Source of the DNA: Azolla caroliniana | Lineage: Eukaryota > Plantae > Polypodiophyta | Length of the DNA: 64,000 nt | Reading direction: 5' to 3' | Assembly: GCA_043228905.1 (NCBI GenBank) | Contig: JBHGNT010000012.1 | Coordinates: 6,882,001 to 6,946,000, forward strand | Shown: in pieces, positions 62,864 through 64,000 of the stretch | Layout: every line of letters begins with the position of its first letter | Numbering within the stretch: position 1 is the first letter of the stretch | Program-made: the position numbers and the translations under genes | The notes under the pieces: model-generated | What the model was told of the DNA's origin: nothing | The model's input: only the letters and a program-made list of their open reading frames with translations | Databases searched by the model: none

Positions 62864-64000
62864 TATTATAGATCTAAGTACTAATGTAAGCTTAAGATAA
62901 GGATAAAGAAATGAAAGATAGAAAGGAGAAAGAGAAAGAAGGGTGCCAATCCACCCGACCACCCCCGAGCGAAGGGATCGAGACGGACTCGAGCCTCGAT
63001 CGGCGTCCCATACCACCACCGTGGCGTCGAGTCGTACCTGGTGCTGGTGCGCTCGCTACAAGAGTTGACCCACCACACGAGTAGAGTCTCAATGTAGTCA
63101 AAAGATCCTCAAATGAGGGTAGCTAGGCCTCTTATTTATAGCGATACCCAAGGCCCCCAGGCAAATTCACACTTGACCTAATGGGTTGTCTCAATCCCGA
63201 GGATTAAAAGTAATCCTCCCCTTCTTTACACTCTCGTTTAACCCTCACACTTATCCACTCTTTAAAACATTGCACTCTTGCAATGGAAAGTTAGGGAAGT
63301 TAGTTCTAAGAGTATTTTCGCGTTCCCATGTGGCATCTTTTATTGATTTATCCATCCATTTTATTTTAAATTCTCGGATTTCTTTAGTACGTAATTTTTT
63401 TGTTTTAACATCGAGAATTCTTTCTGGTACATGTGGTTTAGAAGATAATTCTTCAGAAGTAACCAGAGTTTCAGTCGTAACTGTATTGTCGCCAGAACCT
63501 AGAAGTTCTTTTAGACGACTCACATGAAAGATTGGATGAATTCCGACACCATCGGGAAGAGCGAGACGATAGGCTGATGACCCAATGCGTTTGAGGACTG
63601 TAAAAGGTCCACAAAACCGTGGGGCTAACTTAGCGCACTTACCCGTAGACAATGTCTTAGAATTGTGAGGTACACGTAAAAATACCTTCTGTCCAGGGTT
63701 GAATACACGAGGTTGCCTATGATGATCGGCATAAAAACGCGCTCTATCTTGAGCTGTTTTTATATTATCTCGTGCAATATGCAACATATCTTGCATATCC
63801 CGAAGAAAGTTTTGCGTACTTCGCAACTCATCATGATATATATTAGCATCAATCGGGGCTCATGGCTGAAAACCATACATCAACATAAAAGGACTATATC
63901 CCGTCGATGTATGCTTGGAGCTGTTATAAGCAAACTCCAAAATTGGGAGATAACGTTCCCATTTTGTTGGTTTTGCACCAACGTATGCTCGAAGCATGTC
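62864..64000 (-). mobile_element. Chromovirus-type gypsy 3' end: integrase C-terminus, chromodomain, PPT, 3' LTR 62864-63249
   Basis: ORF 63251-63826 (GPF, FHVS, KW...DATWE) is paralogous to 19100-20083. The LTR matches 9231-9616. Confidence 0.9.

Noticed and set aside
9231-63249. LTRs 9231-9616 and 62864-63249 as the two ends of one giant element
   Set aside because: Both have a PPT on the same side, and the internal domain of the right copy lies outside the pair. No shared TSD.

Overview
This is a eukaryotic window made almost entirely of transposable elements. It is most consistent with a seed-free land plant such as a fern (inferred from the element types). I see no ordinary host gene, rRNA, true tRNA or CRISPR array. 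Positions 1-8.6 kb look like the right part of a large DNA transposon: the C-terminal exon of a Sola-like transposase, plus a convergent multi-exon coiled-coil/RING-H2 gene with satellite-filled introns. Positions 8.6-64 kb are a deep nest of Ty3/gypsy and Ty1/copia elements, solo LTRs and two hAT MITEs, and most boundaries could be fixed by TSD, PBS and PPT. Main highlights: (i) a tRNA-Trp-primed gypsy group with 4-bp TSDs, made of a very young near-intact element that appears to express Pol by a -1 frameshift with a pseudoknot after the protease, and Gag-only non-autonomous relatives, one inserted as a three-LTR tandem; (ii) antisense tRNA-type Pol III A/B boxes in the LTRs of several families; (iii) split TSDs and a split gag zinc knuckle that point to a ~19 kb inversion (or misassembly) at about 9.6-28.9 kb. 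All alignments were done by eye, and family names are motif-based inferences.
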